From positions 21,043 to 85,042 of the forward strand of contig CAZSUJ010000003.1 in assembly GCA_964609925.1 (NCBI GenBank): DNA of 64,000 nucleotides, in the 5' to 3' direction. A program made the translations under genes and the position numbers. Position 1 is the stretch's first letter; each line of letters opens with the position of its first letter. Origin of the DNA: an uncultured Chthoniobacter sp. (GTDB lineage: Bacteria; Verrucomicrobiota; Verrucomicrobiia; Chthoniobacterales; JACTMZ01). The notes below the pieces were generated by a model, which ran no database searches, was not told the origin of the DNA, and saw nothing but the letters and a program-made list of their open reading frames with translations. This document shows, piece after piece, positions 8,358-24,871 of the stretch.

Positions 8358-9355
8358 TGAAGAACGCCTCCGTCCGCCCCGTGGCCATCGCCGGCACGGG
8401 CAAATATGTCCCCGAGAAGATCCTGACCAACGAGGACCTGCAGCGCATCGTGGACACGAGCGACCAATGGATCGTCGAGCGCACCGGGATCAAGCGCCGC
8501 CGCATCGCGGCCGAGAATGAGGCCACCAGCGACATGGCCGCCGCAGCCGCCCGCGCCGCGCTGGAGAATGCCGGGGTGGACGCGGCCGATCTCGATTTCA
8601 TCATCGTGGCGACCTTCACGCCCGACATGTTCTTCCCCTCGACCGCCTGCTTCGTGCAGAAGGCGCTCGGCGCGGCCAAGGCCACGTGCTTCGACGTCTC
8701 CGCCGCCTGCTCGGGCTTCCTCTACTGCCTCGACATCGCCCGCAACGCCATCGCCAGCGGCGCGGCCGAGAATGTCCTCGTCATTGGGGCCGACAAGGTC
8801 AGCGGCGTCATTGACTGGACCGACCGCAACACCTGCGTCCTCTTCGGTGACGGGGCCGGTGCGGCCGTGCTGCGGCCCGCCACGGACGGACGCGGTGAAA
8901 TCCTCTCGGTCTATTCGGGCAGCAATGGCGCGCTCGATGACATCCTCAACGTCCCCGCCGGCGGATCGCGCTGCCCCCTGACCGCGGAGAATGTGGACAG
9001 CCGCCTCAACACGATGAAGATGGCCGGACGCGAAGTCTATCGCCACGCCGTCCAGACGATGATCGCCGCGGCCAAGCACGCCATCGAACAGGCCGGCCTC
9101 ACGATCGACGACATCGCCTGTTTCATCCCTCACCAGGCCAACCTCCGCATCATCGAGACCATCGCCCACAAGCTCGACGTGCCGATGGACCGCTTCTTCG
9201 TGAATCTCCAGGAATACGGCAACACCTCCGCCGCCGCCGTGGCCATCGCGCTCGACGAGGCGCAGAGGGCCGGACGCGTCAAACCCGGCGAGCACCTGCT
9301 CATGGTCGTCTTCGGAGGCGGCCTTACCTGGGCATCCGCCGTGGTCCGTTGGTGA
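8357..9355 (+). CDS. fabH: 3-oxoacyl-ACP synthase III
   Basis: AACSGF catalytic Cys, LFGDGAGA, PHQAN, GNTSAA, GGGLTW. Confidence 0.97.
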   Translation: MKNASVRPVAIAGTGKYVPEKILTNEDLQRIVDTSDQWIVERTGIKRRRIAAENEATSDMAAAAARAALENAGVDAADLDFIIVATFTPDMFFPSTACFVQKALGAAKATCFDVSAACSGFLYCLDIARNAIASGAAENVLVIGADKVSGVIDWTDRNTCVLFGDGAGAAVLRPATDGRGEILSVYSGSNGALDDILNVPAGGSRCPLTAENVDSRLNTMKMAGREVYRHAVQTMIAAAKHAIEQAGLTIDDIACFIPHQANLRIIETIAHKLDVPMDRFFVNLQEYGNTSAAAVAIALDEAQRAGRVKPGEHLLMVVFGGGLTWASAVVRW

Positions 9356-9361
9356 CCGGCC

Positions 9362-10200
9362 GTGCTGACCGACACCCACGCACACCTCGACTTTCCGGAA
9401 TTTTCCGGTGACTTGCCCGAGGTGCTGGCCCGGGCGCGCGAGGCCGGCGTGACGCGCATCCTCACCGTGGGCACCGACGCGGAGAGCTGCCGCCGCGCCC
9501 TCGAGTTGGCGCGCACGCATGAAGAGGTCCACGCGGTCATCGGACTCCATCCGACCTCGGCGCAGGAACCCGGGGCTCTGGAGTTTCTGTCGGAACTCCC
9601 CGCGCTGGCCAGAGAATCGAAAGTCGTCGCCATCGGCGAGACCGGCCTCGACTACCACCACCTGCCCTCGCGCGCGCTCGCGCCGCGCAAGGAGGAGGCC
9701 GTGTTCGATGCCTTGCTCGCGGGGACGCCCGAGGAGATCGAGGCGGTCATCGCGGATGGCGCAGCCAAGGCGGCGCAGGCCGAGGCGTTCAAGGCCCAGC
9801 TCGACCTCGCGGTGGAACTCGGCCTCAACGTGGTCGTCCACCAACGCGACGCCTGGGCCGATACACTCGACCTGCTGCGTCCCTACACCGGCCGCCTGCG
9901 CGCCGTGTTCCATTGCTTCGGCGGAGCGCCGGAGGACGCGGCCGAGCTGCAATCCCTTGGCCACCTCGTCTCGTTCACCGGCATCGTGACTTTCAAAAAC
10001 GCGTCGCTCGTGCGCGAGACGGCGCGGGCCGTGCCGGCGGACGGCTACATGGTTGAGACCGACTGTCCTTTTCTCGCGCCCGTCCCGCACCGCGGGAAGC
10101 GTTGCGAACCGGCGCATACCCGGCTCGTGGCCGAGGCCGTCGCCGCATTGCGCGGTGTGCGTCTCGAGGATGTGGCAGCGGACACGACCCGCACGGCGGA

Positions 10201-10222
<22 letters not shown>
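9362..10222 (+). CDS. tatD: TatD family hydrolase
   Basis: DTHAHL, GLHP, IGETGLDY, VFHCF, VETDCPFLAP; about 35-aa insertion after GLDY. Confidence 0.92.
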
Positions 10223-15741
<5,519 letters not shown>

Positions 15742-15850
15742 CGGCAGGACCGCCGGAACCGGGAGTGGTCGCGGCGACCCGACAGGATAGGGGAAGGTGC
15801 GCGTCAATCAACGCGCCAAATGCTCCGCGAGGACGGAAATCTTCGGGGGA

Positions 15851-16174
15851 TCAGGCCCCGCCGGCCTCGCGCGTCAGCTCGTCGGTCCGCATGAGAACCC
15901 GCTGGCGCATGATCTTGCCCGGCTTGAACTTCACCGTGGCGCGCGCGGGGATGATGACTTCCTTCTCCGGCTTGTTCGGATTGCGTCCCACGCGGGCCTT
16001 GGTGAGGCGAACCTCGAACACGCCGAAGTTGCGCAGTTCGACATTCTGTCCGCGGGCCAGACTATCGGTGATGTGATCCAAGACCATCTGGATGGCCTGA
16101 AAAGCCTGTTGCTGGGTGATACCGACCTCTTCGGCGATTTCGATCACCATGTCGCGTTTGGTGAGATTGGCCAT
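15851..16174 (-). CDS. HU/IHF family DNA-binding protein
   Basis: MANLTKRDMV...VELRNFGVFEV...GRNPNKP..VIIP...VKFKPGK. Confidence 0.95.
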   Translation of the reverse strand: MANLTKRDMVIEIAEEVGITQQQAFQAIQMVLDHITDSLARGQNVELRNFGVFEVRLTKARVGRNPNKPEKEVIIPARATVKFKPGKIMRQRVLMRTDELTREAGGA

Positions 16175-16308
16175 AGTAGGAGAGAATCCGCAGTCGGCAA
16201 TATGGGCGTGGCGCCGCGCCGAAGGCAAGCCGGAAGGTTTGCCATCGGCGGGGGCCTCTTTTGCTCTTCAAGTCGGCCGTCGCAGTAGGCAGGATTTCCG
16301 ACCCGCCT

Positions 16309-18027
16309 ATGAACCTCTCCCCCGACCGCAAGCTCTCCGGCCTGCTCGCCCCCCTCTTCGCCCTCCGCACGTCCAAAGACCTCGGCATCGGTGACACCGA
16401 GTCGCTCAAGGAAATGATCGACTGGGCCGCCGCCCACGGCTTCGGGCTCGTGCAGGTCCTGCCGATCAACGAATCCGGCGGCGACAACAGCCCCTACAAC
16501 ATCCTCAGCTCGATCGCCCTCGACCCGACAACCATCGCGACCGACCCGGACGCCCTGCCCGATCTCGGCAAGTCCGACTTCAAGAAAATCTGCGCCCGGC
16601 ACAACGTGTCCGCCCTGCGCGAGGGCAAGGTCAACTACCCCGGCGTGCGTGCCCTCAAGCGCGAACTCCTCGAGGCCGCGTGGAAGCGTTTCAAGACCCG
16701 CCACCTCAAGGAAAAGACGCGCCGCGGCCGCGAGTTCACCGCCTGGACCAAGGCCAACTCCGCGTGGCTCGACGGCTACACGCTCTTCCGCGCCCTCGTG
16801 CGGCTCCACGACGAGAACGAAAACACCGACCTCTGGCCGAAGAAACAACGGACGTTCGCGGGCGCATCGAAGTGGCTCGCCTCGGCCTCGCCGGCCGACC
16901 GCCGCAAGGTGCGCGCGCTCCGCGAGTTCTACGCCTACGTGCAATGGATCGCCTACTCGCAGTGGTCCGGCCTCAAGGCCTACGGCGACGAGCGCGGCGT
17001 GGCCCTCGTGGGCGACGTGCCGGTCGGCGTCAGCGTGTTCAGCGCCGACGTGTTCGAGCAACCGGCAATCTTCGATCTCACCCGCTCGGCCGGCGCCCCG
17101 CCCGAGAAAGTCTTCGCCGCCGACCCGTTCACCGCGAAGTGGGGGCAGAACTGGGGCTTCCCGCTCTACCATTGGCCCGAGATGGCCAAGGACGACTACG
17201 CGTGGTGGCGGCGTCGTCTGCGCACGACGATGGACATCTTCCACTTCCTCCGCGTGGACCACGCGCTGGGCTTCTTCCGCATCTACAGCTTCCCGTGGCG
17301 TCCCGAGCGCAATGCCGAGTTCCTGCCTTTGAGCGAGGACGAGGCCCGCGCCCGCACCGGCGGGGAACTCCCGCGCTTCGTGCCGTGCGACGACTCGACC
17401 GAGGAAGGCCGAGAGACGAACCGCGTGCAGGGCGACCGGCTTTTCCGCATGATCGTCGAGGAGACCGGGCAACACCGCCTGATCGCCGAAGACCTCGGCG
17501 AGTTGTCGCCCTACGTTCGCCCCGTGCTGCAGCAGCAGGAAATCCCCGGCTTCAAGATCCCCATGTGGGAACGTGCCCCCGACCACTGGCTCACGCCAGG
17601 CTCCGACTACGAACGCCTCTCCCTTGCCACCTACGCCACCCACGACCACCCAACGCTCAAGGCCTATTGGGACGGCTGGATGGCCGACGTCCAGTCGGGC
17701 GACCCGGGGCGCGCCGGCTCCGCGTCGCGGCAGATGGAAGAGCTGGCCCGCTTTGCCGGGTTGCATCTGACCGGTCCGGCGCCGTGGAGCGACGAGATCC
17801 ACGAGGGACTGCTGCGCGGCTTGTTCGCCAGCAACTCCTGGCTCGCGGTCAACATGATCACCGACCTCTTCGGCACCGCCGAACGCTTCAACGTCCCCGG
17901 CGCCATCGGCGACCAGAACTGGACCGAACGCTTCCCCGTGCCCATCGAAGACTGGGACAAAACCTGGCCCGACAAGCTGCGCCGCGTCGCCGACATGATG
18001 CGCGAGACCGGACGGTTCGGGGCGTAG
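16309..18027 (+). CDS. malQ: 4-alpha-glucanotransferase (GH77)
   Basis: QVLPINE, SPY, GDVPVGV, GAPP, GQNWGFP, RVDHALGFFR, AEDLG, THD, RFNVPG. Confidence 0.93.
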   Translation: MNLSPDRKLSGLLAPLFALRTSKDLGIGDTESLKEMIDWAAAHGFGLVQVLPINESGGDNSPYNILSSIALDPTTIATDPDALPDLGKSDFKKICARHNVSALREGKVNYPGVRALKRELLEAAWKRFKTRHLKEKTRRGREFTAWTKANSAWLDGYTLFRALVRLHDENENTDLWPKKQRTFAGASKWLASASPADRRKVRALREFYAYVQWIAYSQWSGLKAYGDERGVALVGDVPVGVSVFSADVFEQPAIFDLTRSAGAPPEKVFAADPFTAKWGQNWGFPLYHWPEMAKDDYAWWRRRLRTTMDIFHFLRVDHALGFFRIYSFPWRPERNAEFLPLSEDEARARTGGELPRFVPCDDSTEEGRETNRVQGDRLFRMIVEETGQHRLIAEDLGELSPYVRPVLQQQEIPGFKIPMWERAPDHWLTPGSDYERLSLATYATHDHPTLKAYWDGWMADVQSGDPGRAGSASRQMEELARFAGLHLTGPAPWSDEIHEGLLRGLFASNSWLAVNMITDLFGTAERFNVPGAIGDQNWTERFPVPIEDWDKTWPDKLRRVADMMRETGRFGA

Positions 18028-18051
18028 GGCGAACTCCAACGCCAAAAGCGC

Positions 18052-18540
18052 ATGGCCCGCGGTCCGTTCAACGTTCAAGCGGTGGGGAGACGAGACGAAG
18101 CAGAGTCGACACTCGGGATACAGGTCCTACCAGCTCGGGTTCTTTGCGCGGCTGTGTGTATGCTCACAGTTTTTGCGTTCTTTGCTGTCGGCGTAACCGC
18201 CAACACGAAGGATGCGGCCGAACCTGTCACCCCAGAGATTCTACCCTTGGTCAGGGTGCTGGCGAATCCCGACGACTTCGAGGGTCGCATGATCATCACG
18301 GTCGGTTACGCCACGGTTGAGTTCGAGAACTGTGCGCTGTATCTCAGCAAGGATCATGCAGATGTTCGAGACGGTGCCAGCTCGGTGTGGTTGCCCGATA
18401 GCGTCTTCGACAAGAAGAAGCACCTTTCACGGAAGTGGGTCATGGTGAAGGGCGTCTACTCGTCCAAGCGAATCGGCACAGAGATGTATTGTGGTGAGTT
18501 TTCTGAGGTCATTTCCATAGAGCCATGGCCATCAAAATAG
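18052..18540 (+). CDS. Hypothetical exported protein
   Basis: Hydrophobic signal-like stretch, LANPDDFEGRMIITVG and VMVKGVY suggest an OB-like beta fold; lower-GC codons; true start probably GTG 18082 or ATG 18160. Confidence 0.6.
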   Translation: MARGPFNVQAVGRRDEAESTLGIQVLPARVLCAAVCMLTVFAFFAVGVTANTKDAAEPVTPEILPLVRVLANPDDFEGRMIITVGYATVEFENCALYLSKDHADVRDGASSVWLPDSVFDKKKHLSRKWVMVKGVYSSKRIGTEMYCGEFSEVISIEPWPSK

Positions 18541-18605
18541 GCCCTCCCGACCACCATGCGCGAAGCCATTAGCAGCAGCACTTGTTCTGGGAGGGCTGCT
18601 GAATC

Positions 18606-19130
18606 ATGATTCCCAACATTTTCCGACAAACGGAGCTCTCAGCAGGTGTCAGCATATGGTTGATAGCCATCACCTGCGCTGCTGGCATGACTGCCCATGC
18701 CGGATCCAACACAGAGATTGCTGTTGGGACAACTGATCCCAAGCTGGTTGTGGCACAGTATAGCTACGGACAGGAGGGATCTGGAAACGGCGCTACTGTG
18801 GACGCAAAGGTGGTCTTTTCGAGACTCAAGGTGGTGGGGCAGCTTCAGCGGTGTCTGAGAGAAGCTGAGGAGAGAGATATCACGTTCTACATGTATGATA
18901 GGCTCTATTTGATCTTTTTGGACGATCACGGCGATGTTCAGGAAGCTTATGTATACTACCCTGTAACCAAGCCGCACGGAGGCTTCTTGAAGGCAAAGGC
19001 ATCGCGGGTTTCTCCGACCAGTTACCTCGTCAAACAGGACAGCTACGAAGCCGGGATTTACTCCCCGGCGGCGGCCGAGATGATGGACAGAATCATTCCC
19101 GAGGAGCTGATCTGGACGTTGAAGGAGTAA
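18606..19130 (+). CDS. Hypothetical exported protein
   Basis: Signal-peptide-like N-terminus ending in AHA; visibly lower GC than flanks. Confidence 0.6.
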   Translation: MIPNIFRQTELSAGVSIWLIAITCAAGMTAHAGSNTEIAVGTTDPKLVVAQYSYGQEGSGNGATVDAKVVFSRLKVVGQLQRCLREAEERDITFYMYDRLYLIFLDDHGDVQEAYVYYPVTKPHGGFLKAKASRVSPTSYLVKQDSYEAGIYSPAAAEMMDRIIPEELIWTLKE

Positions 19131-19228
19131 GGGCCAAGAGGCTCAGACGGCAGTGATGGCCGAGACGTGGACGGGCCATGCTATTTGACTCCCTGCGTTG
19201 CTCGCCCTCCAGACGCCAGGCTTGAGGC

Positions 19229-20554
19229 CTAGAACGTCACCCCGGCCTGCATGCCGAGGACGAGGGCGTCGGGGATTTCGCCGGTGCCGCCGGGTTGGAC
19301 GATGTATTGCATGTTCGGCTGGATGTAGAGCCAGGTGTTCAATTGCACGCGGTAGCCCCATTCGAGGGCGAGTTCGTAGCTGGCGGCGTTGCCGCGGTAG
19401 GCGAGGCCGGCATCGCTGTAGTCGTCGCTGAACTGGCCGTAGACGAGGCCGAACATGAGGATGTCGTTGTCGCGGCTGGGAAGGAGGCCCTGATAGACGG
19501 CGCCGGCGTTCCACTGGAACGGGAGCTTCGAGATGTTCTCCTGCGGCGAATAGACGAAGGCGGTCCAGAGGGTGAAGCCTTGCGCGCTGCCGGGTGACTC
19601 CTGGTAGAGCATCTGGTCGGCGTGCCAGTAGAAGCCGTAGGTGTTCGGGGCGGTGTCGGTCGTGCCGAACTGCGGGTATTGCCAGGTGGAGAAGTAGCCG
19701 CCGAACCAGTAATGCCCGGGGAGTCCGCGCGGCGTGTCCTTGGCCGAGACCGAGCGCTTGAACAACTCGGGTGTCCAGCCGGCCTGGCCGAGGAACATGA
19801 CGCCGTCGGTCGGCTCGAAGCCCATGTTCACGCCGTTGAGGCTGCGCGAGAACGTGCGGGCGGAGACTTGGTATACGCCGGCCATGAGGTGGGTCTCGGG
19901 TGTGGGTTCGACGCGCAGCCGCGCGGCCCAGCTGGCCCACGGATAGGCGGAGAACGAGGCGTTGACCGGGAGGGCCTGCGGGTTCCCGTCGATGCCGTTG
20001 TTCATGTAGAGCCAGTAGAGCGGGGAGCTGGCGAAGTCGTCGCCGGACGAGAACCATCCCGCCTTGAGCTCGGCCTTGTCGTCCCAGAACTTCTGGGAAA
20101 GCGTCATGGTGGTGAGGATGGTCGTCTGGCCGCCGTAGATCTGCTGGACGGTGAACTGGTTCCCGATGAAGTCCTGCGAGAGGCTGTCGCCGTCGCGCTG
20201 GGTTGCAGCGATGGTGAAGAGCGCGCCGTCCCAGCCGAGGCTCTTCTCGAGGTCGAGCTTCACGCCGAAGGCGATGTTGTCCGTGTAGGTGAAGCCCGAC
20301 TGCATGCCGCCGACGGGGTTGCCGGCGAGGTCGGTGGTGTAGCTCACCGAGAACTCGACGCCCTTGTCCTTGTCCAGCCAGTTGCGCACGCCCCACCAGT
20401 CACCGAGGGCCGAGTCTCCCTGCCACCACTCGCTCGAGCCGATGTAGCTGCTGGGGCGCGGGTCGTAGTAATCCCAAAAGCGGTCCGTCATGGCGCGGAC
20501 GGGAGTGGCGGCGAGGCAGGCGAGGAGGCAACCGGGGAGGAGGCGGTTTTTCAT
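19229..20554 (-). CDS. Carbohydrate-selective porin, OprB family
   Basis: Signal peptide, GDWWGVRNWL, AGNPVGG, QQIYGG, YPWASW, IQPNMQYIVQPGG, C-terminal Phe. Confidence 0.92.
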   Translation of the reverse strand: MKNRLLPGCLLACLAATPVRAMTDRFWDYYDPRPSSYIGSSEWWQGDSALGDWWGVRNWLDKDKGVEFSVSYTTDLAGNPVGGMQSGFTYTDNIAFGVKLDLEKSLGWDGALFTIAATQRDGDSLSQDFIGNQFTVQQIYGGQTTILTTMTLSQKFWDDKAELKAGWFSSGDDFASSPLYWLYMNNGIDGNPQALPVNASFSAYPWASWAARLRVEPTPETHLMAGVYQVSARTFSRSLNGVNMGFEPTDGVMFLGQAGWTPELFKRSVSAKDTPRGLPGHYWFGGYFSTWQYPQFGTTDTAPNTYGFYWHADQMLYQESPGSAQGFTLWTAFVYSPQENISKLPFQWNAGAVYQGLLPSRDNDILMFGLVYGQFSDDYSDAGLAYRGNAASYELALEWGYRVQLNTWLYIQPNMQYIVQPGGTGEIPDALVLGMQAGVTF

Positions 20555-20614
20555 CGGAGGGGAGATTGCGCGCACGCTACGTCCGCGCGGCCGCCGCATG
20601 CAAGCCCGCAGGGA

Positions 20615-23170
20615 TCAACCGCGGACCACGAAATTCACGAGCTTGCCCGGCACGGCGATGACCTTGACCACCTCGCGTCCAGCCAGCGCGGCGAGGAACT
20701 TCTCGTCCGTCCGCGCCGCGGCCTCGAGGCCCGCGGCGTCGGCATCCTTCGATGCGATCATCTTGCCGCGGACCTTGCCGTTGATCTGCAGGACGACCTC
20801 GACCTCGTTTTCCACGAGGAGGGATTCGTCGTGCGCGGGCCAAGCCTGCGCGTGGGCGGGGCCGTCGAAGCCGGCGAAGGTTGTCCCGAGCCGCTCCCAC
20901 AATTCCTCCGCCATGTGCGGGGCGAAGGGCGAGAGGAGGACGAGCAAGGTGCGCACGGCGGAGACCGGCCGGGGGTCGGCTGCGGTCAGTTCGTTCACGC
21001 AGACCATCATCTGCGAGATCGCTGTGTTGAAGGAGAGCGACTCGATGTCCGCGGTGACCTTCTTGATCGTGGCGTGGAGGACGCGGAGTTGGGCGGACGT
21101 CGGTGCGGTGTCGGCGAGTTGAGAGGAGATCTGCCAGCGTCCTTCTTGGTCTTCCTGCATGGCGAGGCGCCAGACGCGGGCGAGGAAGCGATAGACGCCC
21201 TCCACGCCCTTCATGCTCCACGGCTTCATCTGCGTGAGCGGCCCCATGAACATCTCGTAGAGGCGGAACGCGTCGGCCCCGTAGTCGGCGATGACCTCGT
21301 CCGGATTGACCACGTTGCCGCGGCTCTTCGACATCTTCTGACCGTCCGAGCCGAGGATGATGCCCTGGTTGACCAAGCGCTGGAACGGCTCCGGCGTGCG
21401 CAGGTGGCCGAGGTCGTGCAGGACCATGTGCCAGAAGCGCGCGTAAAGTAGATGGAGCACGGCGTGCTCGGTGCCGCCGACGTAGAGATCAACGCCGCCG
21501 GGTTGCGTGTCGCCGTCGCCGAGCCAGTAGTCGGCGGCCGCGGTGCCGATGAAGCGCTCTTCGTTGCGCGGGTCGCAGAAGCGCAGGTAATACCAGCACG
21601 AACCGGCCCATTGCGGCATGGTGTTCAGCTCGCGCCGCGCCGTCTCCGAGTAGCGCACCCAGTCCGCCGCCTTGGAGAGCGGTGGCTCGGCCGTGCCGGT
21701 GGGTTTGAAATCTTCGAGTTCCGGCAGCGCGACGGGAAGTTCGTCCTCGCCGAGGGCGCGGTGGCGTCCGTCCTCCCACACGATGGGGAACGGCTCGCCC
21801 CAGTAGCGTTGCCGGGAGAAGAGCCAGTCGCGGAGCTTGTATTGCACGGCGGCACGGCCGACGCCGCGCTCCTCGAGCCACGCGGTGATGCGTTTCTTCG
21901 CCTCGGCGGTGGGGAGGCCGTCGAGGATTCCCGAATTGACCGCGGTGCCCTCGCCGGTGAAGCAGCCTTCAAAAGGCGCGGGCGGGCGGACGACCTCGAT
22001 GACGGGCAGTTCGAACTTCCTCGCGAACTCGTGGTCGCGGTCGTCATGGGCCGGCACGGCCATGATGGCACCGGTGCCGTAGCCGGTCAGGACATAGTCG
22101 GCGATCCAGACCGGGACGCGGGCGTCGTTGACCGGGTTGGTGGCGAAGGCGCCGGTGAAGACGCCGGTCTTCTCGCGCGAGGCGTCCTGCCGGTCGCGCT
22201 CGGATTTCGAGCCGACGGCTTTGACGTAATCGTCGACCGCGGCGCGCTGGGCGGCGGTCGTGATGCGCGCGACGAGCGGGTGCTCGGGGGCGAGGACCAT
22301 GTAAGTCGCGCCGAAGAGCGTGTCCGGCCGGGTGGTGTAGACGGCCACCTTTTCTCCGGAGCCCTCGAGCCCGAAGTCCACGAATGCGCCCTCCGAGCGT
22401 CCGATCCAGTTCCTCTGCAGGAGCTTGATCGATTCCGGCCAGTCGAGGGCATCGAGGCCGTCGAGCAGGCGTTCGGCGAACGCAGTGATGCGCAGCATCC
22501 ACTGGCGCATGGGGCGCCGTTCGACGGGGAAGCCGCCGACCTCGCTTTTCCCGTCCACGACCTCCTCGTTGGCCAGCACGGTGCCGAGTTCCGGGCACCA
22601 GTTGACCGGCATCTCGGCCACGTAGGCCAGGCGCACGCTGTCGGGATCGCTCCCGCGGTAAGTCGCGATCGGCTCGGCGCGGTTCGTCTCCGGGTTGAAC
22701 CATGAGTTGTAGATCTGCAGGAAGATCCATTGCGTCCAGCGGACGTAGTCCGGCGACGTCGTGTTGATTTCGCGCGACCAGTCGTAGCTGAAGCCGATGC
22801 GTTCGAGCTGGGTCTTGAACCGGGCGACGTTGCGGGCGGTGGTTTCCGCGGGGTGCCGTCCGGTCTTGACCGCGTATTGCTCGGCGGGGAGCCCGAAGGC
22901 GTCCCATCCCATCGGGTGGAGGACATTGAAGCCGCGCATGCGACGGTAACGGGCGAGGATGTCCGTCGCGGTGTAGCCCTCGGGGTGGCCGACGTGCAGT
23001 CCCTCGCCGCTGGGGTAGGGGAACATGTCGAGGACGTAGAACTTCGGCTTGGCGGGATCGAAGTTCGGCTCGCCGGGGTTCGGGGCGCGGAAGGCCTCCG
23101 ACTGTTTCCAGCGCTCCTGCCATTTGGCTTCGAATTCGGGGAAGGGGTATTGCTTGCGCTGGTGTGACAT
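20615..23170 (-). CDS. leuS: Leucine--tRNA ligase
   Basis: [14 protein letters not shown] (HIGH-type), [34 protein letters not shown]. Confidence 0.98.
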   Translation of the reverse strand: MSHQRKQYPFPEFEAKWQERWKQSEAFRAPNPGEPNFDPAKPKFYVLDMFPYPSGEGLHVGHPEGYTATDILARYRRMRGFNVLHPMGWDAFGLPAEQYAVKTGRHPAETTARNVARFKTQLERIGFSYDWSREINTTSPDYVRWTQWIFLQIYNSWFNPETNRAEPIATYRGSDPDSVRLAYVAEMPVNWCPELGTVLANEEVVDGKSEVGGFPVERRPMRQWMLRITAFAERLLDGLDALDWPESIKLLQRNWIGRSEGAFVDFGLEGSGEKVAVYTTRPDTLFGATYMVLAPEHPLVARITTAAQRAAVDDYVKAVGSKSERDRQDASREKTGVFTGAFATNPVNDARVPVWIADYVLTGYGTGAIMAVPAHDDRDHEFARKFELPVIEVVRPPAPFEGCFTGEGTAVNSGILDGLPTAEAKKRITAWLEERGVGRAAVQYKLRDWLFSRQRYWGEPFPIVWEDGRHRALGEDELPVALPELEDFKPTGTAEPPLSKAADWVRYSETARRELNTMPQWAGSCWYYLRFCDPRNEERFIGTAAADYWLGDGDTQPGGVDLYVGGTEHAVLHLLYARFWHMVLHDLGHLRTPEPFQRLVNQGIILGSDGQKMSKSRGNVVNPDEVIADYGADAFRLYEMFMGPLTQMKPWSMKGVEGVYRFLARVWRLAMQEDQEGRWQISSQLADTAPTSAQLRVLHATIKKVTADIESLSFNTAISQMMVCVNELTAADPRPVSAVRTLLVLLSPFAPHMAEELWERLGTTFAGFDGPAHAQAWPAHDESLLVENEVEVVLQINGKVRGKMIASKDADAAGLEAAARTDEKFLAALAGREVVKVIAVPGKLVNFVVRG

Positions 23171-23212
23171 GCGGCTTGCCTGGGGCGAGGTGAACCGCGC
23201 ATTTTGCCGGGA

Positions 23213-23824
23213 ATGACGGATGTGTCAAAGCAACGCCTGCTCCTCGCCACGCGCAACGCGCACAAGACGCGCGAGGTGCGGGAGATCCTGGGAGCGGGAT
23301 TTGTCGTCGAGGATTTGACGGACCGACCGGATCTGCCGGACGTCGAGGAAACAGGTGACACCTTCGAGGCCAACGCCCGGCTCAAGGCTCTGGCTGCGTC
23401 GCCGCACTACGACGGGTGGATCCTGGCAGATGACTCCGGGTTGGAGGTGGATGCGCTTGGTGGGGAACCGGGGGTGCGGTCTGCGCGCTTCGCGGGAGAC
23501 AACGCCACGATGGAGGACAACCGGGAGCTTCTGAAGCGACGGCTTGCGGGTCTCCGCCCGGAGCAACGCCGGGCCCGCTTCCGCTGCGTGCTTGCCTTGG
23601 CTCGCGGGGGAGAGGTGGTGCGGACGTTCGAGGGCGCGGTCGAGGGCGTCATCGCGCCGGACTCGGCGGGTGAAGGTGGATTCGGTTACGATCCGCTATT
23701 CGTCCCCGAGGGTGGGACCCGCACTTTCGCCGAGATGGCCTCCGCGGAGAAACATGCCCTCAGCCACCGAGGGCGGGCGCTGGCCGGGTTGGCGGGATTC
23801 CTTCATCCGTCGGAACCCGCCTGA
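23213..23824 (+). CDS. rdgB: Non-canonical purine NTP pyrophosphatase (RdgB/HAM1)
   Basis: [38 protein letters not shown]. Confidence 0.95.
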   Translation: MTDVSKQRLLLATRNAHKTREVREILGAGFVVEDLTDRPDLPDVEETGDTFEANARLKALAASPHYDGWILADDSGLEVDALGGEPGVRSARFAGDNATMEDNRELLKRRLAGLRPEQRRARFRCVLALARGGEVVRTFEGAVEGVIAPDSAGEGGFGYDPLFVPEGGTRTFAEMASAEKHALSHRGRALAGLAGFLHPSEPA

Positions 23825-24707
23825 CGGCGCGGGACATTGATCTGCGGAGGCCCGTGGGCGCGCAGCCGACGAGGCGTTTGAAGGTGCGGTTGAATTGGGA
23901 GAGGCTGCGGAAGCCGCTGGCGAAGGCGACCTCGGTCACGCTCCGTCGCTGGTCGCGCAGCAACTCCGCCGCGTGGTCCACGCGGAAGCGGGCAAGATAG
24001 TCCGAGAGCGTCAAGCCCGTGGATTGGTGGAAGACGCGCGAGAGGTGCGAGGGGCTCACGCCGCAGGCGCTGGCCACGTCGGAGAGGCGGCAGTGCTCGC
24101 CCAATCCGTGCGACCGGATGTGGCGGCGGGCATGGTGGGCGAGGGGAGGGAGGGCGCGCGTCTCCTTGAGCGCGTGGCGGGAGGCGAGCGAGCCGAAGTG
24201 CTGGGCCAGCGCTCCGACCAGACGTGCCATCGCCGCGGCCTGGGACGCCGGAGTCTTCCGAGCCTGCCCGAGGAGGGTGCGGTGCCGCCCGGTTGGAAGT
24301 TCCACGCCCGCGAGGCCCAGAAGGTGCCTGGCGCGTCGGAGGTCCATCTCACTCGCCGCCTGATGGCGGAACCCGCCGAAGACAAGAAATCCGACGGTCT
24401 GTCCGCTCACGCGCAGTGGCACGGCCACCTCCTCCAGGCCGGCGTCGCAGCGGCATCGCGCGGTATCTGTCGCGTCGCGCCGCAGGAGGCGGCGTTGCGT
24501 GCGTTCGCAAAGCCGGCAACCGGCCGCTGACCGCTGGAGCGCCGCGCAAAGTCCGGGTTTCGTGCGGCTCCGCGAGACGGCGGTGCCGTATTCGTCGAGC
24601 AGGCGGAGTTCGAGTCCGGTGAGCGAACGGAAGTCGCGCAAGCAAGCCTGCACCTCCGGGAGGCGGACCAACCTCTCGAGGAGGGCGCGGTGAATGATCC
24701 TCGGCAT
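23760..24707 (-). CDS. AraC-family regulator with PocR-type ligand-binding domain
   Basis: N-terminal LC..LQ....C..C...RCDAGL...AVP pattern; C-terminal double HTH (HLSRVF, EVAFASGFRSLSQFNRTFKR). Confidence 0.88.
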   Translation of the reverse strand: MPRIIHRALLERLVRLPEVQACLRDFRSLTGLELRLLDEYGTAVSRSRTKPGLCAALQRSAAGCRLCERTQRRLLRRDATDTARCRCDAGLEEVAVPLRVSGQTVGFLVFGGFRHQAASEMDLRRARHLLGLAGVELPTGRHRTLLGQARKTPASQAAAMARLVGALAQHFGSLASRHALKETRALPPLAHHARRHIRSHGLGEHCRLSDVASACGVSPSHLSRVFHQSTGLTLSDYLARFRVDHAAELLRDQRRSVTEVAFASGFRSLSQFNRTFKRLVGCAPTGLRRSMSRAVRRVPTDEGIPPTRPAPALGG

Positions 24708-24732
24708 GATCGGACTTCGGCTGAATTTGACC

Positions 24733-24758
24733 GCAAAAAATGCGCAATGTCAGCATTG
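24733..24758. promoter_or_regulatory. Candidate operator in the divergent AraC/DUF4914 intergenic region
   Basis: AT-rich GCAAAAAATGCGCAA followed by the inverted repeat CAATG-tcag-CATTG (24745-24758). Confidence 0.3.
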
Positions 24759-24871
24759 GATGCCGAGCGCCCGTCGCGGCTGCGGGGCATGATGCTCCCG
24801 TTTCCGGCCGCGTTTCCGGCCCGCCAGGGCCACGCGGAGGACCGAACCGAAGCCGCCAACCCGATCAACCC

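Noticed and set aside
16213-16250. Hairpin GGCAAGCC-GGAA-GGTTTGCC considered as SRP RNA or a c-di-GMP riboswitch
   Set aside because: It lacks the SRP internal-loop consensus and the second riboswitch stem, and it overlaps a likely divergent promoter region.
18027-19200. Canonical integron attC sites around the two low-GC genes
   Set aside because: GAAC/GTTC-like cores are present, but no convincing RYYYAAC...GTTRRRY pair with L boxes. The REP-like reading fits better, though attC ancestry is not excluded.
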